Assembly: GCA_036172245.1 (NCBI GenBank)
Contig: JAYWIR010000027.1
Span: 248,001-312,000 of the forward strand
Direction: 5' to 3'
DNA: 64,000 bases
From: Raillietiella orientalis
Lineage: Eukaryota
Below the pieces are notes generated by a model. That model was not told where the DNA came from, ran no database searches, and worked only from the letters and a program-made list of their open reading frames with translations. Position numbers and translations under genes: made by a program. Below are positions 12,870 through 25,950 of this stretch, piece after piece (the stretch's first letter is position 1; each line of letters starts with the position of its first letter).

Positions 12870-13980
12870 AAGTGAATCCCTGATGCAAACAGGGCCACTG
12901 TCCTCAGTGGCTGCGAATGGATCTGACGGAGACCCGAAGGATAGGGTGAGGAATTCGTGATCCTGACTTCCTCCCTGCTGCGATTCCTTTCCTCCCTTCC
13001 CTCCCTGTCCAGGATCTCCTCACTGAGGGGCTTGTGGTCCTCGTCCGGTGTGGTGGCGACGGGGATCTCTCTTAGCCTCCCGTCCCGGTCTTCTGCTCGA
13101 GGAGATGCGAGGTAGGGACCCCCTTGCATCCGCACCCCGAGGGCCTTCTCTTTCTAAGCAACCAGAGGTCCACTCAAGGATCGAAATTCCAGACGCATCA
13201 CCTCTTACGTGTTTGGTCATCTCATACGTTCCGCTCTCCCATCATCCCGAAAACCACAGTACCTATCGGAGTTTATCCCAGATGCCGATAATCTCCAGGA
13301 AAACTTTCAGCGCCCCCTTCTCGGAAGGCAAAAGGAGAGCCATCCCTGTCCATGGGTCACATGGACAGGAATGGCGCTCGTCCCGGCACTGACCTTGAAA
13401 AACAGGCCCGACATTCCCGCTTCCGCCGCTGCTGGTAGCGACGTGCAGTTCTTCGGCGCTCCAGTTGTCCCTGGAAATCTGACCGGGGAGTTGGCGCCTC
13501 TCCGGCAGCAGTTGGGAGGAGATCGCGTCCTGGGTTCTGTCCTGGTAAGGACAGGCCCTCTCTCATGAGGAAGACGAACGGGGGAGAGAGACCTTCTTCC
13601 CTCCCCTCCTTCCCCTCTCGTATCCAGATTTCCGAGCTTTTCGTTTTGGGAGGCGTCGACCGCGATGAGGCGTCGGCGACGGCGCTTCTCTCCTCGAGAG
13701 ATCTCTGGGGAGCGCAGTCGGCCCTCTGGAGCTCCCGGCAGCCGGCTCGGGAGCTCCCCCGCCTGCTCGCGCAGCTCCTGAAGTGCAGGACGCTGGAGGG
13801 CGTCCTTCACTCCCTGCTTGCGGCCATCTTCTTGAACGCAGGCAAGGTGTCGTCTTGAGGGGGGATCTGGAGGGCGTCTGGAGAAAAGCTTCGGGGACGG
13901 ATGGGAGCCCCTCGGCCCCCTTGTACAGAGTTGTCGGCAGGGCCGTGAGGAACCTCTCCAAGGGCTCGCGAATTCTCTTC
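12870..13980 (-). pseudogene. nairovirus N-like copy, most of the length
   Basis: LYKGAEG, LQRPALQELREQAG, RRRRRLI, WRLSASGINSDRY, RMQGGPYLASPR...EIPVATTPDE with conserved spacing. Confidence 0.62.
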
Positions 13981-14049
13981 TCCGTGAAGTGAAAAAAAAA
14001 ATAAAATAAAATAAATTCTCCTTGAAGTGCGGAGGTCTCGTCTACCTTC

Positions 14050-14480
14050 TCCCCGGCAACGGCTCCTCTTCCTGCCCTCCCTCCCCGTGTCGAAATCCGG
14101 CGGGAGGCCACGGGGCGTAAACCGGTCGCCACAGCTGCAGCAGCAGCAGACAGCTTCCTCGAGAATGCCTCCGATCCGCAGGGCGCCGAACGGATCGTCG
14201 TGGTGGCGATCCATCGAGGACCACCATCTCCGCTATCGCCAGCACTCATCCAGCACGAGGTCGCCGGACTCCGGCGACGGCCCCATTCCTGAGCCATAGG
14301 TGAAACGAAGGAGTTCCTCAGCTGCACCGCCGAAGCCCCAGCCCTATGAAGGAGGTGCCGTGTCGATTTGGGAATTTTCTGTGAACCTTTAACGAATCTC
14401 TCGGCTCTGACCCTGAGAAACAGCGCCTGAGAAACAGGCGCGATCTTCCATCTTCGAACCGCGGGTCCATTCATCAAAGA
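14050..14480 (-). pseudogene. nairovirus N-like C-terminal fragment
   Basis: APVSQALF...KGSQKIPK, APCG, RPVASRRI. Confidence 0.52.
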
Positions 14481-14889
14481 TAAACCAATAAAATTCCCAC
14501 AGGGATGTTCAAGGGCCTGGGGTGAGGGACCGATCCTCATTGGTTGCGGCACCGAAGAGTGGAGGAAGAGAGGGGAGTACAACAAACACATGAGCAGACA
14601 AATGAATAAACAGAAAAAGGAACGGCAGGAAGGGACCCCCATTTGAAGGTCGTTTGTAAGCTGGAGGAGGACTCTGGACCTCCACTGCTAGACCTAGGGG
14701 TCCAAGAAAGGGAGGGGAAGGTGAAAGCAGCTCCGCCTCGTTTGCATCTTCCTGCTTGCCGCTGCCCTCTCTCATCCGTTCCTTCCCTCTTATTTGGACT
14801 CGGTTCTCGACTCAGAGGTTCAAGCGCGGGATTATCCTCACCCCATGTGGTTTCGCAGATCTCAACCGAGGTCCCCCTCTTCAGGAGCA

Positions 14890-15290
14890 GCTCCTCGGGG
14901 CGAGGTCTCGTCTTTCAAGGTGTCTTCGATGACTCGCGGAGAGGCGAGAAGCACGGGAACCGGGTTCATCACGGATTCCTAGCAGGATGCCAGTAAGGGG
15001 AGCCTCTTGACATTCCCCGCAGCCGCCCAGGTTCCGTTGCGGAATTCAGCGGAGTCTAGGGATGCGTTTTCAGGACGGAGTTCCCTCTCACTCCGCTTCC
15101 CAGAGGAATCGGTCCCTTCCTGATCGAGATCGTTGGCATCGCGACAGGCGCAGTGGACTCTCAGTTCCGAAGGGAGCTCACCTCCACTCAGCGTTTTGAG
15201 AATAACTGGAGAAGCGCTCAGAGCCGCCTCAGAAGGTCGGAGAGCCACCACGCTGGACTGCAGCCCTGGGAATGGCGGTGGCACAGAGAA
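14890..15290 (-). pseudogene. nairovirus N-like C-terminal fragment
   Basis: PFPGL, AALSASP, LRVHCA...DQEG, RPENASLDS, VLLASPRVIEDTLKDETSP. Confidence 0.55.
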
Positions 15291-15599
15291 GACTGGAAGA
15301 GAAAGAAAAGGGGATAGGGGGAGGGAGTACCAAAAGAAAGCGCTCGCCTCAGCAACGCGCTCCTTGGCTGCGGACGCTTCGAGGCAACGAGCTGCTGCTC
15401 ATCTCAGCCTCGAGGGCTGCCGAATTGCGAGCGCAGATCGGGGCGGTGAGCCTAAATAGAATCCTACTTTCGGTGGTTGATTCGAGCGAGGTCCGTAATC
15501 CAGGCTGCTTAGGAGGCGGTAGGAGTGAGCTCGGTTATGTCGCGCTCACTAGCGACTCACCCTACCGTTGCCGAGTCGTCGCCATACAGGAGACGGAAG

Positions 15600-16150
15600 A
15601 GATCGTGTTGCATGCTTGTTCTTCAGGGCTAGCCGTCCCTGAAAAAGTGGGGTCACACGCTGCCTCTAGCGCGCCCTTTTCTTTAGGAACTCACCCTGCA
15701 AGCGGCAAATATCCTGGATGGAAGTCTCGTGAAAAAAAGCACGCGCTGATTGTCAAGGACATCGCAAAGGACGAAAAGGAAATGGCACCGATGACCATTT
15801 CAGCGCCATCTCCGCCCACTCTTCCGGACGCCCAGTTCGCTCCCTTTCCCGTACCTTGGCGCCCATCACAAGTTCGAATCCCCCATTTCGCGCCTCCGGG
15901 CTTTCTCATCCCGAAGGCCTTCGTTTGCACCACCGTCATCAACCGCCACTGCGTGACATGCGGTGGCAGTCGCGGCACCAGCACCGGTGACCCAGAAGGA
16001 ACCGAAGAGCAAGAGCATACCACCCCGCTCTCCAGCGCGGAAGCCCGGCTGAGAGAAACGCCTGCGGGGAACGCGACCACCGCCCTGAGCATTTCTTTTC
16101 AGGAGTCACTGGAGGTGGTCTCTGTGCCGCAGCGGCAGGCTTCCGTTCCG
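15600..16150 (-). pseudogene. nairovirus N-like fragment
   Basis: VAFPAGVS, PHVTQW, AEMVIGAISF vs SEMGVCFGTIP. Confidence 0.48.
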
Positions 16151-16599
16151 TTGGCTTACCAAGAGGGAGAGGCCTGCAGCAGCAGCATCTTCCCCGAAGA
16201 TGGGAAGCGGCTGCGAAGGTGAAAGCTGAAAAGACGCCCCAACTGAGCTACTGACTACCTCGCGTCGAAGATTCCCGCCTCCTCGGCCCTGTCAGTCGTC
16301 CTTCATCGGGAAACAAGAGGGTTCCTCCTTAAGGGGCAACCGTCGGCGACTCACCTGCTCTATCACTACGGTCCTCTCCTCTTTGTCACTGCGTGAGGAT
16401 TCGAGACAGACCCTCTCAGTCGGATCTCTCAGTCCCCTGAGTTTCCATCCAGTTTGCGGCCCCCTCTGAGTTCCATCTGGTGCACCGCCTGTGCGCCTTC
16501 CGCATGGAAGTCCATCTTTCTGGGTCGAGGCCCACCTCCAAGTCGGCGTTCGAGTGAGCGTCCTATGCTCCAGTTCGGCATGGAGTTATCCGCCTGTCC

Positions 16600-17200
16600 G
16601 AAGATTTGCTACCTCCAGTTCCTGATGGGAACATGGTCCTCTGAACCATCCCAGTCCAGAGGATCGGACCTCCCCCCCTCCTGCCTTTCCTTAGCTTCCG
16701 CGATCCATACCGACGTTGTCTTCCTAGCTTGTGCTCCGCTGCGAGAGCCATGGAGATGAACCCTTGTCGCGCCTATGCCAACGAGGGCCAGTGAGGATGA
16801 CTTTCTTCGCTTCTGCAGCCGGCGAGCGAGAAGTCGAGGGTGAGGCATCCCGAAAAAGCGCATCATCATCCACGGAGTCGGCATCTTCTTCGAGAAAGGT
16901 CGCGTGCCAGCTGGGTTGGACAGCACCGGATGAGGACGAGGGGCTGTTTCCATAGCGCACGTGGAGCGCAGTTTCCTCCCCGGGGTGGGAATACCGGATC
17001 CCTGGGGAAGAACGCTCAATCTCTCGCCCGACGACCTCCAGAGATTTTTCTCAGACGTCCGGGACCTCCCATCCCTTTTCCCGACCTTTTTCGAGGCAGC
17101 TCGCCTCGGGGCAAAGCCGCATCGGCTGCGGCTCAAGGTCATCCGCCTTCTCCCGGGCACCTCCGTGCTCCGGAAAACATGGAGAGGTGGCCTCATTTGA
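16600..17200 (-). pseudogene. nairovirus N-like fragment
   Basis: LPQGSGIPT, NPAGTRPFSKKMPTPW, GMPHPRLLARRL. Confidence 0.52.
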
Positions 17201-17599
17201 CCCCGGAAGTGTTAAAGGGTGGGTACCTTGTAAGGACCGAGTGACAGGGCCCTTCGCCTCATCCTTTTTTTGATTCATTTTCTGCCTCGCCCAATTTCGT
17301 CACGACGGACCTACTGCACTTCCTACTTGGATTCAGGTGCGCGTAGGGCAATGCCTCCTGTAGAGATTCCCAAGGGAGTACGTCCTCCACCTTGCTCATT
17401 GCGGTCCTCCACCCGGTTCAACCAGGTGGGCAACCGGCTTCCTTCCTGGTACAGGCCCACGCAATCGGTCAACCCGGATATATACAAGCGAGCCCGCATC
17501 CTTCCCTGATTTATGCATCTCTTCCTTATTTGTCCTATCGCTTCTCTCCCCTCTCCTTTTCTTCCCTCTTCCTTTTTAAAGCTTGTTCCTGAGCACCTG

Positions 17600-17950
17600 T
17601 GTCAGGTGAGGTCGGACATTTCATCTTATTCATTTAAGTGGACCGGAGTTGGTGCATCCGCATCCGCGAGCCAGGGACCACGGAATGCCCTATCTTTCTC
17701 AAAGATGCTCTGCATCATCCCGCGCATCATTCGAGTCCCCTTGGGCAACCATAGCCAAGGTCGAAGATTCTGGAGTTTCCCTCTTTTCCCTCTCCGGCGT
17801 CCGATTCTTGGGTGTCGAGGGGGAAAGCACCTCCGAACAGCCAGTCTCTCTCCAGCAGAGGAGGAGGGGGCGAATGTTCGCTCCGGGGCGCCTCGTGTCC
17901 CTCCTCCTTCCACTCCACTCGACCTACGGGCTCCGAAACTGGACGGTCCC
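17600..17950 (-). pseudogene. possible nairovirus N-like fragment
   Basis: LPKGTRMMRGMMQSI vs QPRGTKKMKKALLST. Confidence 0.38.
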
Positions 17951-18449
17951 TGTGCAGGCGGAAGACCAGCGCATCAGGGAAGAGTCCTCGGGAGTTCCGC
18001 GTCCCCTCAATGGGGACGGTCGACCTCCGGAGCCATCTTCACGAGAGCCTGACAAGGCAGACAGAAACCTGCCTTCCTTCCCTGAGGGGAATCAGCACAA
18101 TTAGCGGACAGCATCCCTTTCCATGGCTGCTCTCTCAGAGCTGAAAGAGACGAACGCGGAGAGGCGAAAAGATAAGAGAGTCGCGCTCGAAGGAACAAGT
18201 GAAAAGAGGTCAGGGGTGCGGCGGCCGGCTTCCTGCCCCCGCCACCCACGAACCGTTAAGCAGACACCATTCCGAGAGGACTTGACTCCATCCCTCGGTC
18301 TGATCCCCTGCGAGAACTCCCGCGTGGGGATGGCCGTGCGCCGCCTCTCCTCCCGGTCGCGGGAAACGGGCACTCCGTCTGCTTCCCTTCCCTCCCCGGA
18401 ACAACAAAAATGGAAGCCGCAGCTCTTCCCTGGAAGCTCCAAAGCAAAA

Positions 18450-19540
18450 AGAGACCCCCTAAAGGGTCGGCAGCCCTCGGATGGGCACACAGCGCATGCC
18501 GGGAAGTTCCAGTCACTCGGCGGGAATAAGGGGAGGTGTGTTGGGTGTGAATGGACTCCTCACTCTGCTCCCAGCGTATCGCTCGGGGCAAGACGTGACG
18601 GCGTCCGCCTTCCTTCCTTCTGCACTGCGCCGGGCAGTTGGGAGATGCGACCGAGAAGGGAGCGCGCCTCAGCGGAGCGGGCAGAGGCCCACATGCTGCC
18701 GAGGACAGCTGGCCTGATGAGAAACAGGGAAGCTCCATCGGTGGCTCCGAGACCTGTGGAGGGGGGCTAGCTCATGCTACTGTCTTCGTGGACCGCATCC
18801 CTTTGGTTGAGAGAAGTCTGCGAAGCACGAGGTTCCTCTGGAAGATTCTTCGTCCAGGGGGAACAAATCCTCCCTCCCATGCAAAGGCAGTTCGAAGTAT
18901 CCTCCTGCCGAAACCAGGAGGCCATCTTGGTCGCACAGAGGTCCGTTCCCATGAGGTATCCATGCAACCTAGGACGGGGATCTCAGCACCGAGGATGGAA
19001 GGACCTTCCAGCTGGAGACAGCCACAGCAGAATAGATAGGTTGACGTCTTCCCAAAATCGAATTAGGTGGAGGCTCCTGGATGCAAGTTTTGATGCTGTG
19101 AAAGGGGTGGAAGAATCATCCACGGTTACTCCTTTCTTTCTTTCTTTTCTTCCCTCGTGGATGTCCGAAAGGAGGCGTTGCAGCAGCCTTCTGGTGGAGG
19201 GACTTTGTCTGGGCTCTTCTAGATGCCGGTGTGGTCGCTGCTCACACCGCCGGCGTCGCTAGCGTCGGCAAAACGCTGCTTCCGCACCTTGATTTCCAGA
19301 CTTTGGTTCCTTTTTTTCCTTCTTTTTTTGACGACGAAGGGATGCAAAGGTGGCGTGCCCATTGGCTCACAGGAGCAGCCGCGAACCTCTTTCTGTAGGA
19401 TGGAAATATGTCTTTGGCTTGCTAAAAGAACGACTGCTTGGCTACAAATCAGGGCCGTTGTGCGATGGAGACGCTTTCATTTGTTCCCTCTTTTCACCGA
19501 AGTGTTTCACTGCTGTTTGCTCGGCTGCTGATTTCCCGTG
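18450..19540 (-). pseudogene. nairovirus N-like copy
   Basis: TSVKRGNK*, WMILPP, TAFAWEGGFVPP, LFLIRPAVLGS vs RIYMHPAVLTA. Confidence 0.55.
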
Positions 19541-19649
19541 ATCCACGTGCTTATGTCTTCATTATACAGTACTTCAAATGGCAGTAAAATACAGTGCAAT
19601 TTAATTAGCCTCCCTTTGCTTTTGTTTTAACAAACAGGAATAGACGCTC

Positions 19650-20300
19650 GGAAAAGAATGCTGCAGAATGACCTTCAAGACAGTGGCGCTTTGAAAAGCT
19701 GCAGCATGCCGGAGAACGAATGCTCGAGGCTGTCAAGGAAGACAGCCTCGAGGATAGTTGCTCCTGAAAATGGCCACCCCGGAAATAACGGCCGAGGAAG
19801 AAAAATGGAAGTGCTCGAGTTTCGTCGTCCGACGCGTGTCTGACATCGGGAGCACCTGCATCGCCTTCGCTTCAGCAGCTGCAAATTTCCGAGTGCCTTT
19901 CGAGCAAAAGGGATGCTTTACTCTTCCCATCTTGTTCCCGATTCGGGAGATGCAAAGCCGTGGCTTTTCGTAGACGCGTGCCCTATCCTGTTTTTCAGGT
20001 GAACTTCTTGCAGCCCCTTCTTCAACCTGCGCTGGTTCCTTCCAGATTCTTCGATCGCTTTTCTTCCAGCGTTCCAGGTTTTGCGGCTCGGGTTTCCCTT
20101 CGAGACTTCGCATGATGCGAACTCGTCGTTGCCACCCTCCGACACAGACTCGATTGATCGGCTGATGGGACTCCTCGGCTGCGGGCTGCTTCTCCCCCCA
20201 GTGCAAGCCTCTCGAAAAACCTCTGTCGCCATCCGCGGTCATCAACGCATCTCTTGGTAACCCTGCAAGCGACGTGGCATTTCTTCCTGCCCACTACCTT
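19650..20300 (-). pseudogene. nairovirus N-like C-terminal half
   Basis: TWNAG, GTRW, GNKMGRVKHP...VLPMSD, LRHAAAFQSATVLK vs LVGKQSPFQNAYNVK. Confidence 0.58.
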
Positions 20301-20629
20301 TTCTTGCGGCTGTGACGTCTCCCTGATGATCCTCTGGACTTCAGAAAAAAAACTTCCCGACTCCTTCGCTGCCAGCTGAGATCTTCCGTCATTTAGTGAC
20401 TCTGCTGATGGTCATTCAAGACATTCGGCAAACTTTCAGTTCCCATCGAGAGAATCCACTGAGTGAAGTCACAGATTAAAGATCCATAGGTCACCCACAA
20501 GTGCTTCTTTCGTTAGTCATAGCTACGGGAATCGCATTCCGCTTCACTTTACGGTCAACCGGCAGCAGCACTCTCACTCGTTTCCGTGCTTGCCCCTGAG
20601 GTGGTCGTCGGGTAAGTGACTTCGCGACC

Positions 20630-21870
20630 GCTCGGTGGTTTGAGAGCTTCGATCGCTTAGCATGGCTCCCAACCTCCCTAAAAACCAGACAGCAATTCGG
20701 ATAGTTATTCGAATTTGCTGCATCCTATTGACCAGTGCATACTTCGATGGAGTCCCTACTATTTCTTCAGCCAGAAATCCGATCAGACGGGTCACCGGCA
20801 GTTCATGCCGGCTGCTGACCCCCAGAATAGCCCCATAGTACGCTTCTGGAAGTGCTGGATGCTAGCACGCCTCACCAGCACCCTTTTTTGCAGACAGATT
20901 CCGAGTTCGCTGGGATCCTTCTTCGGACCCTAGATCCACTGCTAATGTTCTCACTCATCCGGTCCGCTTCTGGAAGAGGAGAGAGTGTTTTTTCCGGTGT
21001 TTGTCGTGCGTTCTACAGCGCTTCCTCCGAGTGCTCAGCGGCGCGGGGAACGTTGAGTATGACGTCGCGACTGTCGTTCTGAAGCGCCATATCTGGCTTT
21101 CAAGGTCACGAGAGTACCCTCGCCCGGACAACCTGGTTGAAGTTCACGGGATCGCATTTTCCTCTTTTATCCCCTTACCCCCGGGTCGAGGACCGTGCCT
21201 CTTGGTGATGCAACTGGAGTGCCGCACCCGGAGACTGAGGACTTCTCATACTGAGCGCATGTTGCTTCGCATCTATAGTCAAGTTGCTCAGCAGCATCAT
21301 CTCGGCTTCGATCTTTGCCTTGTTTGCTGCCACTGGCGGGAATGCTTTCAAGAGGAACTGCTCTTTTCCCTCTTTCCAGATGACAGGAAAAAGTAAATAA
21401 GTAAGAAGAAGACTATTTGCAAGGAGAAAGGAGGAGGAAGAGAGAAAGAAATTCAGGTCCGGAACTTGCCATGCTTCTCTTAGGACGTCCGCTAGCTCCG
21501 AGAGCAGCCATGCTATTGTTTCCATCAGCATCTCCGGAACAGCTTCCCTCGCGAGGCATCCGAGCAAGTGAAACACGAACTCCTCATTTGGTGACAGCAG
21601 CATTACACGGTGCTGTAGAAGCCTAGTCGGCTCCCACGAAGAGTTGGCTTATCCAATTGACAGTCAGACTGCAGACAGCATCCCTAATCCATGATTCCGA
21701 AAGAGACAGAACCTGCTTTCGGCGATCCACATTGTTTGGTCCAGAAGGAGTAATCCCGGATATTCTAATCATTTTGGACTTTTCCATTGAAGGCTCATTG
21801 TGGATCATTGTCTATGCAACTCAGGGCCCTTCCTATCAATTTGCTCTTCCACGAACCTCAACTCGAGATT
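20630..21870 (-). pseudogene. near full-length nairovirus N-like EVE (well preserved)
   Basis: SLSESWIRDAVCSLTVNWI, VPEMLMETIAWLLSEL (vs VPGEIVMSVKEMLSDM), LHHQEARSST, GKCDPVNFNQV, ADRMSE, IPANSESVCKKGC. A long stretch stays in one frame through stop codons. Confidence 0.72.
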
Positions 21871-21949
21871 CTACGATTCCACCCACAGAGTCTCTGTTCC
21901 ACCTTGTTGATCATTTTGGGATGAGATGGACTACGCGCTCTGGACGACG

Positions 21950-22880
21950 CCCGTGAGAAGTCCCTTTGCGGAGACCGAGAGTGCTGCCCGTGAGAGAGTC
22001 TCCTTCACGCCGACCGCTGCTGCAGCTTAATCTCCTTTCCATAAAACCAGCACCCATATGAATCTCTGGCCTTGTGTCCCGTTTCTGGCTGGGAGCATCA
22101 TCTTTTCCCTTACCAAAGGCTCGTTCTGTACCGTGGAAGCATCGAAAAACGGGAGGTCTCCGGCCCTTCCGTGTGGCAGTGTCTCGAGCGAGGCTTCTCA
22201 CTGGCTTCAGCTTCCCCGGAGTCCCTTCGAGAGATTCCAGACTGCTGACGCCATAGCAGCTTCGCGATGCCGCATAGCGGCGTAGAAAAAGCGAGGCACA
22301 AAAGCAAAGCAAACAGCAGGCGTTGCCGTCCGTCTTATCGCGGAGTTAGCAGACGTGGATTTCTGAAGAATCCGCTCCCATGAGAGACTTAGTAATTCTG
22401 CAGGAGAGAAGAGAGAAAAAAAGAAAAATAAGAAAGGACTTTGACTACGCCTCTATCAGTTCTGCGGTTTCCCTACGGTGGCGTTCGAATGTTGAAACGG
22501 AGTTGCAGGGGGATGATCACTCCTCATCACCAATATCGAGTGCACCCCTTGCCGCTTCCCATGCGTCCCTTCTTTTTCAAGGGGAGCAGAAAACCAAGAC
22601 ATCTTGGAACTCATTCTCAAGGTCATCGCGGTGGCTACGGATCCCGACACCGGAGGAACCCAGAAACCGGTACTCGCTCCGCATCCAATCCTCGGGTTGC
22701 TGTCTTGGCGACTCGCCCTGTGCAGTCGCTTCGTCGAGGAGCCGGATGTTGCGACCAGTGTTCCCGCAGCCCGGAGATTGAAGCCGCTTGAAATTTCAGT
22801 GATGACGTCAGCGGAGTAGGGGGGGGGGAGGAGACACGCAAGGAGAGGTTGAGGAAAAAAGGTGCGGCTCGCTTTGTGTG
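21950..22880 (-). pseudogene. possible nairovirus N-like N-terminal half
   Basis: LREHW...CTGRV..RGLD vs IYECAWVSSTGIVKKGLE. Confidence 0.38.
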
Positions 22881-22939
22881 CGGACTCTGCAACAAGAAAG
22901 GGAGTCGTTCAAAGCTTGCGTCCCTCTTTATGAGACCAG

Positions 22940-24510
22940 AAATCTCAGCCGCCGACAGTCCGGACAGTCAGCCACGCATAGACTGAGAAGGATGAACGCA
23001 AATGCCTCCCTCTGGGTCGGATGACTCTGCAACAGCTTGACAGTGAGGAAGAGAAATTCTGCTACGACAGGTGCTGGAGACAGGTAACAAAGGAGTGGCA
23101 ATGAGCTGCGCGAAGAAGAAGTGCGAAACGCATGTGGTTCTTGCCACCCGAGGCAACAGAGCTCTGTGGTCCACTTCAGGCAGGGTGATCACGTTGTCAT
23201 GGCGTGACGGTAAGTCTCCGTCCCTAACTCATCAGCAAGTGGGAGCACAAGATGCGAAACCACATCGCAAGAACAGTGCAAATTTGCGGATGGTCGGTAG
23301 CACCAGGGCTTTCTTGCAAAGGCTGTCTTCCGCAGTTCGGTGGATCCCAGCTTTCTGTTGGAAATACAGAAGCTGAGGTAGTTCTGGAGTAGGGACACTG
23401 CTCTTCCTGAAGATCAAAATTTTCTGTGGCAGACAAGGAGCTTCGAGAGAGCGCCAATGTCGAAGTGGCAGCAAGATCACAGGTGGGGTGGGGGTGGTTT
23501 GAAGAACCACAAGAGGCTCTTGGGCACTTGGGTAGGGCGCTGCCGAACAATGAGAGAAGTAGCGAGGGTGTTGGAAAAGAATCCCAGGACCATCATGACT
23601 TTTCTTTCTTGACAGCACACCCTGGAATGGAACAGTCCTTTCTTTCTAGTTCGCCCTTATTCTGCTTGGCTAAGCTTATTTAGGTCGAGATCGCGTGCTC
23701 CGATTGAAGCACGAGGGTCATTGCTGTCCATCGTTTCTTAACAGCCGCTCTCGAATCGGGATGAAGACTCTTCTGGATTGTTCAGAGCTAAAGAGAAGCT
23801 GGACCTTGCTGGTCAACCACGTCGTTCTAAGGATCCTAACCTTGTCTTCGTTCTCTTATCAACGATCCGATGAGGAACGGATCCTTTTCGTGAGCAATGC
23901 CTAGCAGTGGTTCCTCAAGCAGTTGCACGTGTTCTTTCGCGCTCACGTTTCTAATTTTTCGGCATCCCGTATTCTAAGTGATTTTGGGGCCCGTATTAAA
24001 GAACGTTCGTTCTTCCATATTGACAAAGATGATCATTTATGATACTGATGAATTCGGCATGCCGCCCAGTGATCTTTCGCCCAATTGGCTCCTCCTCTTC
24101 TTGTTGCGCATTTCACTTCTCATCTGAACACCTGTGTCCTAAGGTCTTCACGCCATTTCCGTGCTTCGGTCTGCTGCTGTTGACATCTCCAAGTTCTGGC
24201 CACCAAAGCTGCCATCATCTTGCCACTACACTCCATATGTGGTGCTCCTACTGGAGAGCAGAGCTGCTTGGTGACCTACCCAGGAGTAGCCCAGTGTTTT
24301 CAGCTTGCAAGGGTGCCACAGGTTCTGAAGGTACAAGGAAGAGTACGAATCAATACATAAGCTGACAGACAGGGGCCATGTGTGCATCACTCTGGTGTTC
24401 CCAATTTTCGAAAACTTCCATAAAGCTCCTAGCGTCAAGACTAACAGATCACACCACTCCTTCTGGTCAAGATTGACGGATTTCGTCAGCTGGACCATTT
24501 TGTTCTTGAG
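22940..24510 (-). pseudogene. full-length nairovirus N-like EVE (well preserved)
   Basis: LKNKMVQL..EW (vs MENKIEV..RW), IDSYS, APHMEC, ARKWREDLRTQV, DSFPTPSLLLSLFG, FQQKAGIH, VHPSQSMRG. Span of about 1.5 kb fits a nairovirus N ORF. Confidence 0.75.
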
Positions 24511-24829
24511 ATAATTTAGGATGACATCTACTGCTGTGTGCATCAACAGCTGGCATCTCGATGCGCATTCGCAGAGCTGAGAACCACCTCTATGATAACA
24601 CTTGCCGCAGCTCTGAAGAACACCTCACCAGTCGAACATCAAGCATCGCGGTGGGTTAAGAAAGCTCTGACCTCTGGACAGTCTTTTGGTCCCCCTTCAG
24701 ATGTGCGGTGCCAGCAGAAACAGAGCAGGTGGGAGTCTTGGAGGTGTCCGTATCTATGGAAGCGACACTAAGTCTCTTTTTTTCGAGCAGCATTCCTACC
24801 TCGGGCTGAGCGTTCTGCTAGCCATCGGG

Positions 24830-25950
24830 CGCGAGGAAGCGAAGCCAAGGTCGCATGTGGTTCCTCGACCCCCCCTGAGCTCCGAGAGAACGAGCGGAAG
24901 CTTTTCTCGTCTCCCCACAACAGCCGGAAAACCAGACGCTTCCTGTGCTTGGCAGGGTTCCTCCCGTCCGCGAAGGCCTCGATGAAGAGTGGACTAGGGC
25001 AGGAAAGAGAAAAGAGGGGAAGTTTAGGAGATGAAAAGATGCCGCGCGACGCATCCGTCGTGTCCGCCGTCCGCTGCTTCCGTCCCGAACAGCAGCGCCG
25101 GAGCTCGAGGAATACCCAAGGTGGAATAGCAGTCGAGATTCCACCACTTCATCTCGTCTCGCCTGAGCCAAAAGATTTCTCTTTGTTTCGCGGACTCTGC
25201 CTGGAGCTCCCTCAGCGTCCAGGAACTGTGAGCAGAGGAAAAAGGAGTTCACTCTGGCCGGAGAATGACCCCGCAGTGCGCAAGAAGGGAAGCCGAAAGA
25301 CGAACGACCAAGCAGGAATCGGTGAGCCCCGATTCGGGGCTTCTAGACTCTTAGGAGAGTCGAAAGTGCGTGCGCAGCATCCTGCGTAGCCTCTTAAGCT
25401 GCAGCCGATTCTTCTGAATGGACAGGGTCACTGCCATCGGAAGGGGAAAGCTGTGACCATCGCGACCTTGGACTAGAGAGCTCTCCTCGGTTCGGAAAGT
25501 CCAGATCGTCTCTTTGCAACCTTCTCTTCAATCTCCGATTGCCTGCAGGGGCCAGCAAGCGAGAGCAGATGACGCTCTGCAGAAGGTGTCGCTGAGACTT
25601 CTGAGTCCTCTCGCCCTTGAGCGCATTCTCATAGCGCGGTCCTCCTCCAAGTGAGGGGAGAACAGAGGTCATTCCCCGTAATGATGGAGACTCCCTTCCC
25701 GCCTTCCTGAATAAGCCGCTTGCTGCCCCCATCCTTCGACAGGTTCTTCACAAAATAACCTCTCTTTGCCCTTTCCAGCTCCGGCTCACTCCCGAAACGG
25801 AGGCGGGACGGGAGACGTTTTTACCAGGAAGGGTCTTGACTTGCTCGCTCCCGATACAGCTTCCCTCTGTGCGCTTCCCAGAAAGGAAAGGGGAAGGCAT
25901 TTGCTCCCGCCAGCAATCCGGCATCCGGCCGGCGCGCTCCTTTGGAGAAA
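24830..25950 (-). pseudogene. nairovirus N-like copy
   Basis: DCWREQM, NSFFLCSQFLDAEG...ETKRNLL, HLLNF. Confidence 0.58.

Noticed and set aside
15270..18150. + strand LINE ORF1 and RT remnant
   Set aside because: No clear catalytic motifs. The - strand carries N-like motifs in three successive units.
18300..22100. Phlebovirus or tenuivirus-type nucleocapsid copies (HPALPEAYYGAIL, LLGRISQL)
   Set aside because: Longer, correctly spaced nairovirus N matches (VPEMLMETIAWLLSEL, ADRMSE, IRPAVL, AFQSA) cover the same intervals.
22950..24700. Penelope-like RT and GIY-YIG element
   Set aside because: No real YVDD or G.MG motif. The region aligns end to end with nairovirus N.
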